This document shows, one piece after another, positions 42,163 to 52,044 of a stretch of 64,000 nt of DNA. Both the position numbers and the translations under genes were made by a program. This DNA is from Diplonema japonicum (taxonomy: Eukaryota; Protista; Euglenozoa: Diplonemea). Every line of letters starts with the position of its first letter. Within the stretch, counting starts at the first letter, position 1. The stretch lies in NCBI GenBank assembly GCA_964019335.1, contig OZ025654.1:186001-250000 (forward strand), read 5' to 3'. Under the pieces are notes generated by a model. It saw only the letters and a program-made list of their open reading frames with translations, ran no database searches and was not told where the DNA came from.

Positions 42163-42306
42163 GACCTGTCGTGGTTTGAGTTAGACAAAGAGGTCAACAC
42201 CAAGGAATAACAGGGAGAATTAGGGAAAGAGTCACATACTTTAGCAAGAAAATGCAAAAAGAAATTGAACAAAGAGAGAGTATAAATAGGAATGTAACAA
42301 CAATTA

Positions 42307-44307
42307 TCAGTCAGCAATCTCATCGCCCTCAGCATCCTGAGAGGGAATACTGACAAGTGTGTCAGCTTTCTTCTTCCGCTTCTTCTTGCGTGACTTCTCA
42401 ACAGGTGGAGCATCCTGTGCCTCATGAGGAGCATCTGGGGTCTCCAGCGTCTCCATGGCGACAGGCTCCTCCTGCACGTCGTAGCTGTAGGCGAAGGTGT
42501 CGTCCACGTCGACAAGCTCCTCTGCAGCCATTTCGAAGTTTCTGATCATTTTGCCTTTAGTCCTTCCATCGACACCGCCCTTCGTCCTCCGCCACATGTA
42601 TATCGCAGCAACTCCCAAGCAGCACAGCACCCCTAAGATAATAATAAGAATAATAATAAGAGGGCTGCTTGAATCAGAAGCTGGTGCTTCAGTCGGAGAC
42701 ACTGTACCCAGTCCTGCGGGCAGCTGCGAAGGCGCCTCAGGTGCGATTTGTGGTGACGTTGTGTTCGAAGACGACGACGGAGAAGCAGTAGGAACATATG
42801 TCTGCCCACTAGGTAGCGGAGTGTTTGGCGACAAAGTCACTTCTCGATTGTCCGGAATGGAAGGAGCAGTTGTAAGTAATTTATCAGCTGGCATTGCTGT
42901 TGGAACTGCCGTTCGCTGGATAGGTTCTGCAGTTGGTGATACAGTTGGACCAGTAGTTGGGGAGAGAGTCGGAACAGCTGTTGCCACAGCCTTGGGCGAA
43001 GCAGTATGCGCACTGGGCACCATTGTGGTGATTGCAGTAGGCAAAGGAACGTTCGTGGGCACAGCCGTAGGTTGGTCCGTAGTTGGAATTAATGTCGGTA
43101 CTGCGGGGTGTGCTGTCAGTCCAGCGGGTCTGGCCGTAGGGAGTGATGTAGGGAGTGCTGTAGGAAGTGCTGTTGGCTCAGTTGTACGTGTATCTGGTAC
43201 TTCAGTTGGTGTCAATGTTGGTGCAGCTGTTGGCTTAGAAGTCGGAGAAGCCGTAGGTGCTGTTGTAGGCGTTGCAGTGGGAACCACAGTTGGTACTGCT
43301 GACGGAATCAATGTATCAGGTGTAAAAGTGTCAGGAGCATCAGTCTTTGGTGCATTTGTAGGTTGCGCAGTTGGGGGATTTGCAAGTTCACTCGATATAA
43401 CCTGGCTCAGGTTGCTTGTACAGGTAGGTGACTTCACGACTAGTGTCACATTCCTCGGTTCCTCACCGCCACATCCTTGCTTACAGAAAATGTGATCCGC
43501 ACATGCCAGGGTACCTTCCTGGAGGCTGACCGTGGTTGACGGGCTTCCATCGCCCCAGTGGAATGTGTAAGTTAGATTATCACCCTTGGAGTCGGCAGCA
43601 AGGGCACAAAAGGTGGTATGGCTCATTGGGCTTGGGTAGGGCTGTATGTCGTCGTGCACATCGGTGTTGGGGGGCAAGGAACTGATCTCCAGAGGGAGGC
43701 TCATGTTGAGTAGCTCCGAGGAGCCATCAGCAAAGAAGTACATCCATTCGCTCACGCCTTCAAGAAACTGACCTTCTATTTTTAACGTCCATTCAGTAGT
43801 CATAGAGAGCTTGTCTATAGCACCGCCGTCGGTGTTCTTGACGTAGACCCATCTGCCTGCGATAAAAGGCGAGGCAGGGGGGCTGCCGTGGGTAGGGCTT
43901 GGCTCACTCCAGTCAAGGGTCGATGTCCAGTCGAATTCCGAAGAGGAATCGTCGGCCTGAGCGATCTGCGTTCCTGAAGGGATTCCTGATATACGACCGT
44001 GAACCACGGCATGTCCCTGCTCGTCACCCTTGAAGCCATGGATCCAAAACATGGACAGCTGGTCTGGTGTATTTAGGTCTCTATATAAAAAGACGAAAGA
44101 CCTGTTGGCGACCTCAAACCCCGTGTGGCTACTCGACGAGTAGTAGTTGTAAAAATCATGGGCCGTCTTCGTCCCCTCTACCGCGGGCACAGTGCGAATA
44201 GCCTTGCCTCCCTGACCTATCTTGAACAGCCGAGTGTTCCCCACGAACTCCAAGTCACAGACAGCACTCACAAGCGCAGCATAAGCCACAAGGACATTTG
44301 GCATCAT
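42307..44307 (-). CDS. Type I membrane protein: unknown N domain, PKD-like domain, Pro/Thr stalk, single TM
   Basis: Signal peptide; LTYTFHWGDGS..H (PKD-like); PT repeats; TM LIIILIIILGVLCCLGVAAIYMW followed by RR. Confidence 0.85.
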   Translation of the reverse strand: MMPNVLVAYAALVSAVCDLEFVGNTRLFKIGQGGKAIRTVPAVEGTKTAHDFYNYYSSSSHTGFEVANRSFVFLYRDLNTPDQLSMFWIHGFKGDEQGHAVVHGRISGIPSGTQIAQADDSSSEFDWTSTLDWSEPSPTHGSPPASPFIAGRWVYVKNTDGGAIDKLSMTTEWTLKIEGQFLEGVSEWMYFFADGSSELLNMSLPLEISSLPPNTDVHDDIQPYPSPMSHTTFCALAADSKGDNLTYTFHWGDGSPSTTVSLQEGTLACADHIFCKQGCGGEEPRNVTLVVKSPTCTSNLSQVISSELANPPTAQPTNAPKTDAPDTFTPDTLIPSAVPTVVPTATPTTAPTASPTSKPTAAPTLTPTEVPDTRTTEPTALPTALPTSLPTARPAGLTAHPAVPTLIPTTDQPTAVPTNVPLPTAITTMVPSAHTASPKAVATAVPTLSPTTGPTVSPTAEPIQRTAVPTAMPADKLLTTAPSIPDNREVTLSPNTPLPSGQTYVPTASPSSSSNTTSPQIAPEAPSQLPAGLGTVSPTEAPASDSSSPLIIILIIILGVLCCLGVAAIYMWRRTKGGVDGRTKGKMIRNFEMAAEELVDVDDTFAYSYDVQEEPVAMETLETPDAPHEAQDAPPVEKSRKKKRKKKADTLVSIPSQDAEGDEIAD

Positions 44308-44575
44308 TTGCTGTGGTATTTGCGTTGAATAACGAAAAGAAATTCGCTAAAGTTTCAGCGTGCAGGGGGGGTGCTCACTGAAAAGAACAAAAAACGGTTC
44401 TGCTATTCGCTATTCACACGCTCACGACACTCAAAACATAAGCAAAATGGCTAATGCAACGGAATGACAAGTGCTTGGTTCAGTCGCGTTTCGGCTCATG
44501 AACTGCAATGTATCACTCCGTGACCTTAAACGTAGAAAGGAAAGAAATAAGGGAGAAAGTGTTAACTCACAATGT

Positions 44576-45811
44576 TCATGCACTGAAAGTATAGAACCTG
44601 CTGTCATGTCCATCGACCTCGTCGGTCTTGAAGGTGCCAGTCACGGAGCCGAGGTCCTTGTGGTTCCAGATGTCACGGACAGCAACAGTCTGAGTGGCAG
44701 AGAAGCCAAGCTCGGTAAGGTCAATGGTGGTTGTGTAGCCTTTGGAAGGGGCATTGTTCAAGACGAGAGCAGCGGTGCTGCTGCTGGACACAGGCTTGGC
44801 CCACAGCTGGATGGTAGGATCCTTCCCCCCAGCGCTCTGCACAAGCCTACCGGGGTGACCAGCCCAGGCCTGGTTCACCGCAATCGCCTCAGTGTTGCTG
44901 ATGATGTCCCACACCTTGTCGGTAGTGGCTTCGTTTGTGACATCGTAGCCAAGGATAAGGGGCGATGACACAATGCACCAGGCACCGAAGTGCGCCCTGT
45001 CCTCGTTGTAGTTAGCAAGGTTACCAACCTCGAGCATGTCAGGGTAGGCCCAAGTACCGGGCCTTGCAAGAGGGGGGTTGCCCTGGTAAGGTGTCGTGGT
45101 CTGCAGGTTGCTGAACATGGAAGCCCAGGTGCTCCTAATGTCACCAGAAGAGCGGAAGAAGTTGTAGGGGCAGTTGGAAGGGGAAGTGGTACCAGTGCAA
45201 GGGGCGTCGCCGGTGCTCTGACCGGGGACGGTCTGGCCCCAGTGGCAGTTCTCGATCATGATGGGGCGACCGGTCTGGTTCAGGAGCGCCCCCCACAAGG
45301 TGAGGTTTCGGAACTCCCCGCAGCCGTCAAGCTTGACACCGTCGAAACCGAACTCAGCAACTGCCTTCGCCGACTGCTGCATGTGCTTTGCGATGTACGA
45401 GGGGTCCGTGAACTGGGTCTCCTTGCAAATGCAGTTGTTCATGTACCAACCCACCTTCAGCCCCAGGTTGTGCCCGTGGTCCGTCATGTTCTTCATGCTG
45501 GGGAAAGTTGCCGTGTTAATGATCGGGTTCCCCAACGCATCGTGGAAGGAGTTGTTCACCCCCTTCCCGCACGCCTGCCAGTTGTCATCGAGACCTACGT
45601 TCACGTAGCCGAGGTCAGCAATGCTCATCACCTTCCCGTTCACTGTCCTCTTCTTCTCCGCGACCTTGTCCATCACCCCCTCCATCAGCTTCTGCGTCAC
45701 ATCTCCGCCGTAGCAGTTCCACGACCTCCACCCCATCGGGGGCGTCAGACCGATCCCGTTGTCGATCCCGAACACGGGACCCGCCAGCGCCATAAGCAGC
45801 ATCGCCTTCAT
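44576..45811 (-). CDS. Secreted GH27 alpha-galactosidase, copy 2
   Basis: Protein identical to 25145..26380. Confidence 0.96.
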   Translation of the reverse strand: MKAMLLMALAGPVFGIDNGIGLTPPMGWRSWNCYGGDVTQKLMEGVMDKVAEKKRTVNGKVMSIADLGYVNVGLDDNWQACGKGVNNSFHDALGNPIINTATFPSMKNMTDHGHNLGLKVGWYMNNCICKETQFTDPSYIAKHMQQSAKAVAEFGFDGVKLDGCGEFRNLTLWGALLNQTGRPIMIENCHWGQTVPGQSTGDAPCTGTTSPSNCPYNFFRSSGDIRSTWASMFSNLQTTTPYQGNPPLARPGTWAYPDMLEVGNLANYNEDRAHFGAWCIVSSPLILGYDVTNEATTDKVWDIISNTEAIAVNQAWAGHPGRLVQSAGGKDPTIQLWAKPVSSSSTAALVLNNAPSKGYTTTIDLTELGFSATQTVAVRDIWNHKDLGSVTGTFKTDEVDGHDSRFYTFSA

Positions 45812-46178
45812 TTTTTTCTTTTTTTTTATGTGATTAAAAGAGTATCCCTCTGGTAACGAGTGGGCTCAAGTGAGTGGCGAGTGCACAACAGAATTCAGGG
45901 GCATTAATAACAAATCTTTTCTTTAGTGAGTCCCCTGTTTATTCAGACGAGGGGGGACGAGGGAAGGAAGCACAAGACACCTTAAATGCTTCAGGCGTGT
46001 CTTCTCGGGTATCTCTTATCTGTCGTGGGTTTTCCTTTTCTTCTTTGTGAAAAACTGAAAAAAGGAAAGAGGAAACGCTGGGAAAACAAGAACGAAGACA
46101 CGCCGCATAGAACAGAGAAAAACCTTTGAAGAAAAAAAAGGGGGGGAATAAAAAAAAAGAGGGAAAAAAAAGATAATA

Positions 46179-47533
46179 CTGTAAAACGAAAAATCCCCGA
46201 CGGAAAATGTCCCGGTTTTTTTGGCGTCCAGGAACTTCTTTTGTAGGTCGTCAGGGGGCCTGGTCCACCACCTACATACTGGCCCGGGCTGCAAACGGCA
46301 ATCGTTCCAAGAACCCCCACCAGATAATTTATAGCAAAAAGGAAGAAACAACTCCGAGTGTTTCATAATTAGCCCGATTATTGGGCGATGTCGTTAGGCT
46401 CATTCGGTGCTTGACCCAGGCTCGGACCCCGGATAATCCCTCTTTTGCCGTTGTATAAGTTGCAGATGCAACTTATCCCCAGCCAAGGAAACAGCCAGCT
46501 GTCCGGTTATTTGTTTTAACAATATTATTGTCGAGACTAAAAACTAGTTGATGGCAGCGTAATGAGCTATTTTATTAGGTAAAATTCCGCTCGTGCGCAC
46601 AAACAAAGAAAATGTCAAGGCACGAGTTCGAACTAGGGAAGGTTAAGTGGACGGACGTCGAGACATCGACATATCCTCCTTCGGCTACCCCCGCTCGTGC
46701 GCACAAACAAATGGAGCGCCAACTAGTTTTTGCCCGTTTGTCCCCAAGCCACGGACTCTTACGACCTTAGCACCCCTTTTTTTTGTTTTGGTTTTTAACC
46801 AACGGCATCAGCTGGAGGGGTTTGGTCCATATTCCAGACCAATTCCGGCCTTGCTTTCTGCATGTCGATTGTGGACCTGTTATTCCATGGCGAAACAGTC
46901 TTTGTCCGTCTCGTTTCCGGGATTTCCGGTGGTGGGCCTGCGGCTTCTGTAGCCTTTATTGCTGCAAAGTTTGTCCCAGCTGGTGGAAAAGGACAGTGTC
47001 CACCAAGGTCTACCAGGTCTGTCTTTCGGGCTGGTTTGGAGCGCAGCCTTCCTGCCTATCGACCCAAGCAAAAACCTTGTCGGTCTCTGCCTCGGTCAGA
47101 AGAGGGTTTGCGACCGACGGTAAAGGGGGCAGCAACAGGTCCAACAGAGCCCCCAAAGTCTTTTTTCCTATAGATAGCAGCGTATCGCCCAATACGGGTT
47201 TAGCATCCTTCGGGAGCTGGAGCTGCTTTCGGGGTGAGCTGGCCGGGTGTCAGCAACCAAAGCTGGGCGCCAGCTGCTCAACATCCTTTGGGTAGCCGAA
47301 CTGGCCATGACGAAAGAAGTACGGGTTCATGAGATTGAAAAAGAAAATTTAAACTGCCACGCAGGGTAAACATCTTGGCTCTGCATACGAGCTCTGCACA
47401 AGGAATAAAGCCCTCCAGGCAAACGTGGTGGTATGGAAAAAAAAAGCACTTCCAGAAAAACTCTCGGACGGAAAATGCCCGGGTTCTTTTGGTGTCCACG
47501 AGTTCTTCCGTCCGACACTTATTCGTTTTACAG
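46179..47533 (-). mobile_element. Decayed pogo/Tc2-like DNA transposon
   Basis: TA|CTGTAAAACGAA ... TTCGTTTTACAG|TA; broken minus-strand transposase motifs RRPTT, PELVWNMDQTP, KKGAKVVRVRG, DKR//QITGQLAVSLAGDKLHLQLI, TTSPNNRANYET. Confidence 0.75.
46514..46733 (-). mobile_element. Family C element nested in the pogo-like remnant, with a tRNA-like segment
   Basis: Interrupts the DKR/QIT motif; A-box-like TAGCCGAAGGAGG and B-box-like AGTTCGAACTC on the minus strand between 20-21 bp direct repeats. Confidence 0.55.
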
Positions 47534-48305
47534 TAATTATAAACCCTCCTCCCCGGGCACAAACAGTTGAGCCTCCTGCTCAGGGGTATATTAAGGCGGG
47601 GTATAATAAAGGCAGGGGGCTTTAAAAAGAATACATTAGGAGATTAGGACGTTCAGACAGCGGAAACAGTGAATTTGCAGCCGAGCGCTGCAAAAGAGAA
47701 AGAAAAAAAAATGGGGGATGGGGGGGGGGGGGGAAACACATGGGCATATGATATAATTTTTAAAAAGGTCGTTCGTGATATCACCTATACTATGAGGACT
47801 AAGGAGAGGGAAAAAAAAAGAAAGAAAAGGACTGGAAAAAAAAAGGGCAGCAAGGAAACTCGATTTCGGTTTTGTAATTCATGCTTAACTGTAGAAATAC
47901 AAAAACGCAGGGAAAGACACAACTCCCCCCAACGCCCCCCTGGTCTCCCTGGCTGCGTCTAAAACGTAATGCAGTCTTGAATAGCAGCTTTGGTGGAACA
48001 GCCCACAGCACGCATTTCGTCAATAAAACAAAAGAACCTTGGGAAAAGGGAAAAAGAGAAAGGAACAGATAGTGCCGCCCATGATTGCTCTGCAGACCTA
48101 GTACCCTTACCCACACTTCATGTACGGGAGGCAACAAGGCACATAACAGAAAAACAAGGCACACCTATGGTAAAACACACGCGACACAAGAGAGAAAAGA
48201 AAAAAAAAAAGGAAATAAGGAGATAAAGAAAGAAATCAGAAAAGGGGAAGAAGAGAATCTTTTAAAGATCGATCTTCATTTTATTTCTCCTGCTTCTCAG
48301 TTGTA

Positions 48306-49007
48306 TCAGAGGGTCCTGCAGAGGATGCCAGCAATAGCTTCCTCGTGCTTGGCAAGGAGGCCGTGCTTCTTAGCAAGGCTGACCATCGGGGGGGTGAGGT
48401 ACGGCAATACCGACAGGCGGTACTGAGGGTCCTTAATGAGGCTGAAGCCAGTGATGTCGCGGCCAGAGTAAGCATCCTGGAAGGTGTCGACGATGGCCCA
48501 CTCGCTGGTGTTGTAGTCGAAGGTCAACTGCTCACCTTTCTTGATGTCACGCTTGGAGCAGAAGTACAGAGTGTCGAGCCTGTTCGAGGACCCGGGGTAA
48601 ACCCTTGTGCTGTTGTTGTCAAAAAGAAGGAACATGGAAGGGTCGCAAGAGTGTGCCGCGAGCTGCGAGCCGCCAACAGACAGCAGATGATCCTCCTCGG
48701 ACACCTGAATGGTCCACGTGTTGGGCTCCGACATCACAATCCCGTCCACAGGCATGATGATGGTGTCTTTAGGGATGTCTACCTGTGCCACCACACACCT
48801 CCCAAGGTCCTGGTGCTGCGAAAGCCCTGACAGCTTCCCCAGAACGGTGCTGTCAGTAGTGTCCGCAAGCTGCTTGTGGATGCCCTCCGGCCAGCTCCCC
48901 TCAATCCTATCAACCTTCTGCTGAACAAGAACGTTCCTCACGGCATTCTTGACGTCTTTGTCCCACTTGCCATGCTGCACTGCTACACGGAAACCACCAC
49001 GGATCAT
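48306..49007 (-). CDS. Small SET-domain protein
   Basis: GRCVVAQVDIPKDT, AAHSCDPS, RDIKKGEQLTFDYNTSEW. Confidence 0.85.
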   Translation of the reverse strand: MIRGGFRVAVQHGKWDKDVKNAVRNVLVQQKVDRIEGSWPEGIHKQLADTTDSTVLGKLSGLSQHQDLGRCVVAQVDIPKDTIIMPVDGIVMSEPNTWTIQVSEEDHLLSVGGSQLAAHSCDPSMFLLFDNNSTRVYPGSSNRLDTLYFCSKRDIKKGEQLTFDYNTSEWAIVDTFQDAYSGRDITGFSLIKDPQYRLSVLPYLTPPMVSLAKKHGLLAKHEEAIAGILCRTL

Positions 49008-49076
49008 TGCTGCTAACCTTTCAGTGAGTGTATTGTATGAGTTAAAAGGAACAAAAGCTTAATAAAAAATATGTCT

Positions 49077-49502
49077 TTACTCACGGAAGAGGGAAGGCCA
49101 CGCAACGCCTTTTGTCTGCTTTTCCAGCGTGATGACGAGGTCACCGTCCACCAAGCACCAGATCATGTCCTCGGAGATGACCTTGCTGTAGAGTTTGCCC
49201 AGCAGCAGCTGGGTGCTGTTTGCCGTCACCTCGAGAGAGCCTGGCTTGCAATTCACAGAAATCCCTTTTCGGGTGAGCTGCGGAACAACAACCTCGACCT
49301 CATCATCCATCTGCTTCCACCTGTACCCGTTGCATTCTGTCTCTTTGTTGCGCATGGCCTCCTTCATGTCGTCCATCCCATCCCTCAAATGCATCAGCTT
49401 CTCAAATGACCCTTTCCCAAACGACCCTTCCACCTGTGGTGCCGTCAAGCTTCCTTCCACATCTTTTCCATCACCATAGAGAAACTCGCCATCTGCCTCC
49501 AT
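49077..49502 (-). CDS. CS (p23/NudC-like) domain protein
   Basis: YRWKQMDDEVEVVVP, LLGKLYSKVISEDMIWCL, LVITLEK..WPSLF; first ATG 49502. Confidence 0.85.
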   Translation of the reverse strand: MEADGEFLYGDGKDVEGSLTAPQVEGSFGKGSFEKLMHLRDGMDDMKEAMRNKETECNGYRWKQMDDEVEVVVPQLTRKGISVNCKPGSLEVTANSTQLLLGKLYSKVISEDMIWCLVDGDLVITLEKQTKGVAWPSLFRE

Positions 49503-50091
49503 TCCTACACGGTACGGAAATGGTAGAAACGGTACGTGGGGGGGGGGGGGGGGGGGGGGAAGGCAGAGCAAAGAAAATGAAGTGAAGAAGAAAATAGAAT
49601 CTTATAAACAAGAAAAAGGAGCTTAAAAAGAACAAGATAAAGGGTCAGCTTGTTTTATATCCCTCCCTCCTTACCTCCTTCTATCTCGCGGAAGTCGAAT
49701 GGAAAGCTGATGTATTGAACTTGAACTTCCAGGAGACCAACGGAGGCTTGGGGCTTCGTCTATCGAACAATTCAAAAGGCACGGAATTAATTCAGGCCAA
49801 GACCCTCGGACAACACCGGTTGCAATGATTGCGCCTTATCACCGCCTCACCTCACCCTTTTGACTTTGCACTAAACTTCTGAGAAAAAGAAACTGTGTTA
49901 CAACTGTTACATATCACAATCTTAAAGAATAACTACCCATTCCTTTTTCTCAAGAAAATAGAAGTGGCATGTAAAAGAAAAGAAAAAGAACAAACAAAAA
50001 AAGAGAAACCCCACTAACCTTTCTGGTTATAAATAAGAAGCTTACAAGGGAAAGGGGAAATTACTGTGATTTGGAAAGAGAAAAAACAACA

Positions 50092-52044
50092 CTAGCTTAC
50101 AAACTTATCTTCATCTTCGTCGATCTCCTGTGAGTCCAAAATATGAATAACAGTGGAGTGCTGCCCATCTGTGAGGTCGACTGAGTCATGCAGGTCAGAG
50201 GTAACACGGGAAGGGCCAAGGGCCACCTCGATGGTGGCCTTGCGCACGGCGTCGAGGAGGTGCGGGCGGGTGTGGATGAGCCCCGGGAAGCCCAGTATCT
50301 TATCCTTTATGTGTTGCATGAGAAGCTCTAGTGTGTCCTGCGATGCGGCGGTTGCCGTGAAGTTAGATGCCGTCTGCAGCCCATCATCATATCCCCCATC
50401 CTCGGGACAAGGGAACGCCCCTGTGGGGATCCTGGGCGGCATCCCCTCGTCCTCCTGGAAGTCCACTCCCAGTAGCTCTTCTTCGCTCATGTGAAACAGT
50501 TCGCTGTGCATGATCTGCGATAGATCCATCCTTGCCTTCTGATCCCTTTCCATACATCCCTTGATCAAGTCCACAAGCATATCAGGCGCTCCTTCAGGCA
50601 ACGGGTGGTCTACCTTTGGGATGTAATTGTAGCAAATCGTCTCCAGCTCGGCCCCAAACTGCACCACGTGGTTCCAAGGATGCAGCCCTGTGTTCATCTC
50701 CAATGCGATGCAGCCTACGGCCCACACGTCAGACGCCGTCGAGAAAATGCCTCTTAACGCCTCAGGCGAGCAGTACAGAGGGGTATGCGGGAGGTTCATG
50801 TTGTCGTCGCTCTGAGCCAACGACCTGGCGCCCCCAAAGTCTGCAAGCTTAATCTTCCCGTCGGATGTGCACAAAATGTTCGCAGGCTTGAGGTCGCCGT
50901 GGATGGTGTTCATGCTGTGAAGGTACTGCACGCCGTGCACCACCTGCTGCAGGAGTCGCACCAGCAGCACCACAGGCAGCCCCGACCCGAAGTCTCTGAT
51001 GAGCGACCCTAGCGTGCCGAAGGGCACCAGCTCCATCACGATGACAGCACGCTTCTCAGTGCGATAGAAGGCGAAGATCTCCACCACGTTGTCATGCGCA
51101 AGGCTGCGCATCGTTTGGAACTCGCGTTGTATCTTCCCCGCGTCGCAGCCCTCCTTCAGCGGGACCACCTTCATCGCCACGTGCTCGCCTGTGTCCTGCC
51201 GCACCCCACGGTACACCGTCCCGAAGCCCCCTCGGCCGATCTCTTCGAGCGCCTTGAATAGCCGGAAGGTAGAGAACACCTTCGACAGCTTGCGGGTGTT
51301 CTTTGGAGTACCCATGGACCCCTCGGTGCTCTCCTGGAGGACATCTTTGTCGGGTGGCAGCAAGCGGAAGTACCTGTTGCGTGACATGTCGTCATAAGAG
51401 AAGAAGAAGCCGCCAGAAGCGAGGGGCGGATGAACCTGTGTGGCTGCAGGGAGCCACGCGAAAAACCTGGTGTTCGAAGAGTGCGACAGGGAGACGGGTT
51501 TCATGAGGCCTTGCGAGAACAGCGTGTTGGTCATCTTCATGTCGAGCCTGTGCGGGCCGTCGAAGTTGAGGATCTGGTTGCCAACCAAGCTGATGGCATT
51601 GATGCGGATCACTTGCTGGTTCCGGCCGAAGTACACGAAACCGCCGTTCGTGAGGAGCACCTTCTCCTCGTCGTCCGGCGGTGTCGATGTCTTGCCAGGC
51701 TCAGTGCGCAAAGGAGGGTAGAGAAAAGCATATTTAATGGCCTTCCTCGGTATCTCCATGTTCTCTCTTGCTTCATGACTCATTGTGATATGCGTCAAGG
51801 GGCTTATCTCGCCTACCATTGCTCCATTACGCTCAAGCTGCCATCGCTGTATGGATGCGGGCCCTTTTACCTTATAAATTAAATGTTCCTTGATTACTTC
51901 TATCCGCAGTTTCCCACCCCTCGTGACGTCTGCCATCACTGACAAGGGACCGAAGTCCTCTTCTAGGTCCTCAGCCTTGTCGTCTCTGTCATCGATCCAT
52001 GCTTCTCCCTCAGTTCCGTTCTCGCGGTCGACACTGGATTCCAT
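50092..52044 (-). CDS. STE-group (MAP3K-like) Ser/Thr kinase with uncharacterised N-terminal domain
   Basis: IGRGGFGTVY, VAMK, IHGDLKPAN, ADFG, TPLYCSPE, SDVWAVGC; first ATG 52044 after polypyrimidine-AG. Confidence 0.92.
   Translation of the reverse strand: MESSVDRENGTEGEAWIDDRDDKAEDLEEDFGPLSVMADVTRGGKLRIEVIKEHLIYKVKGPASIQRWQLERNGAMVGEISPLTHITMSHEARENMEIPRKAIKYAFLYPPLRTEPGKTSTPPDDEEKVLLTNGGFVYFGRNQQVIRINAISLVGNQILNFDGPHRLDMKMTNTLFSQGLMKPVSLSHSSNTRFFAWLPAATQVHPPLASGGFFFSYDDMSRNRYFRLLPPDKDVLQESTEGSMGTPKNTRKLSKVFSTFRLFKALEEIGRGGFGTVYRGVRQDTGEHVAMKVVPLKEGCDAGKIQREFQTMRSLAHDNVVEIFAFYRTEKRAVIVMELVPFGTLGSLIRDFGSGLPVVLLVRLLQQVVHGVQYLHSMNTIHGDLKPANILCTSDGKIKLADFGGARSLAQSDDNMNLPHTPLYCSPEALRGIFSTASDVWAVGCIALEMNTGLHPWNHVVQFGAELETICYNYIPKVDHPLPEGAPDMLVDLIKGCMERDQKARMDLSQIMHSELFHMSEEELLGVDFQEDEGMPPRIPTGAFPCPEDGGYDDGLQTASNFTATAASQDTLELLMQHIKDKILGFPGLIHTRPHLLDAVRKATIEVALGPSRVTSDLHDSVDLTDGQHSTVIHILDSQEIDEDEDKFVS

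Noticed and set aside
46616-46700. Functional tRNA gene
   Set aside because: A/B-box-like motifs only; I could not build a convincing cloverleaf, and it lies within a dispersed repeat.
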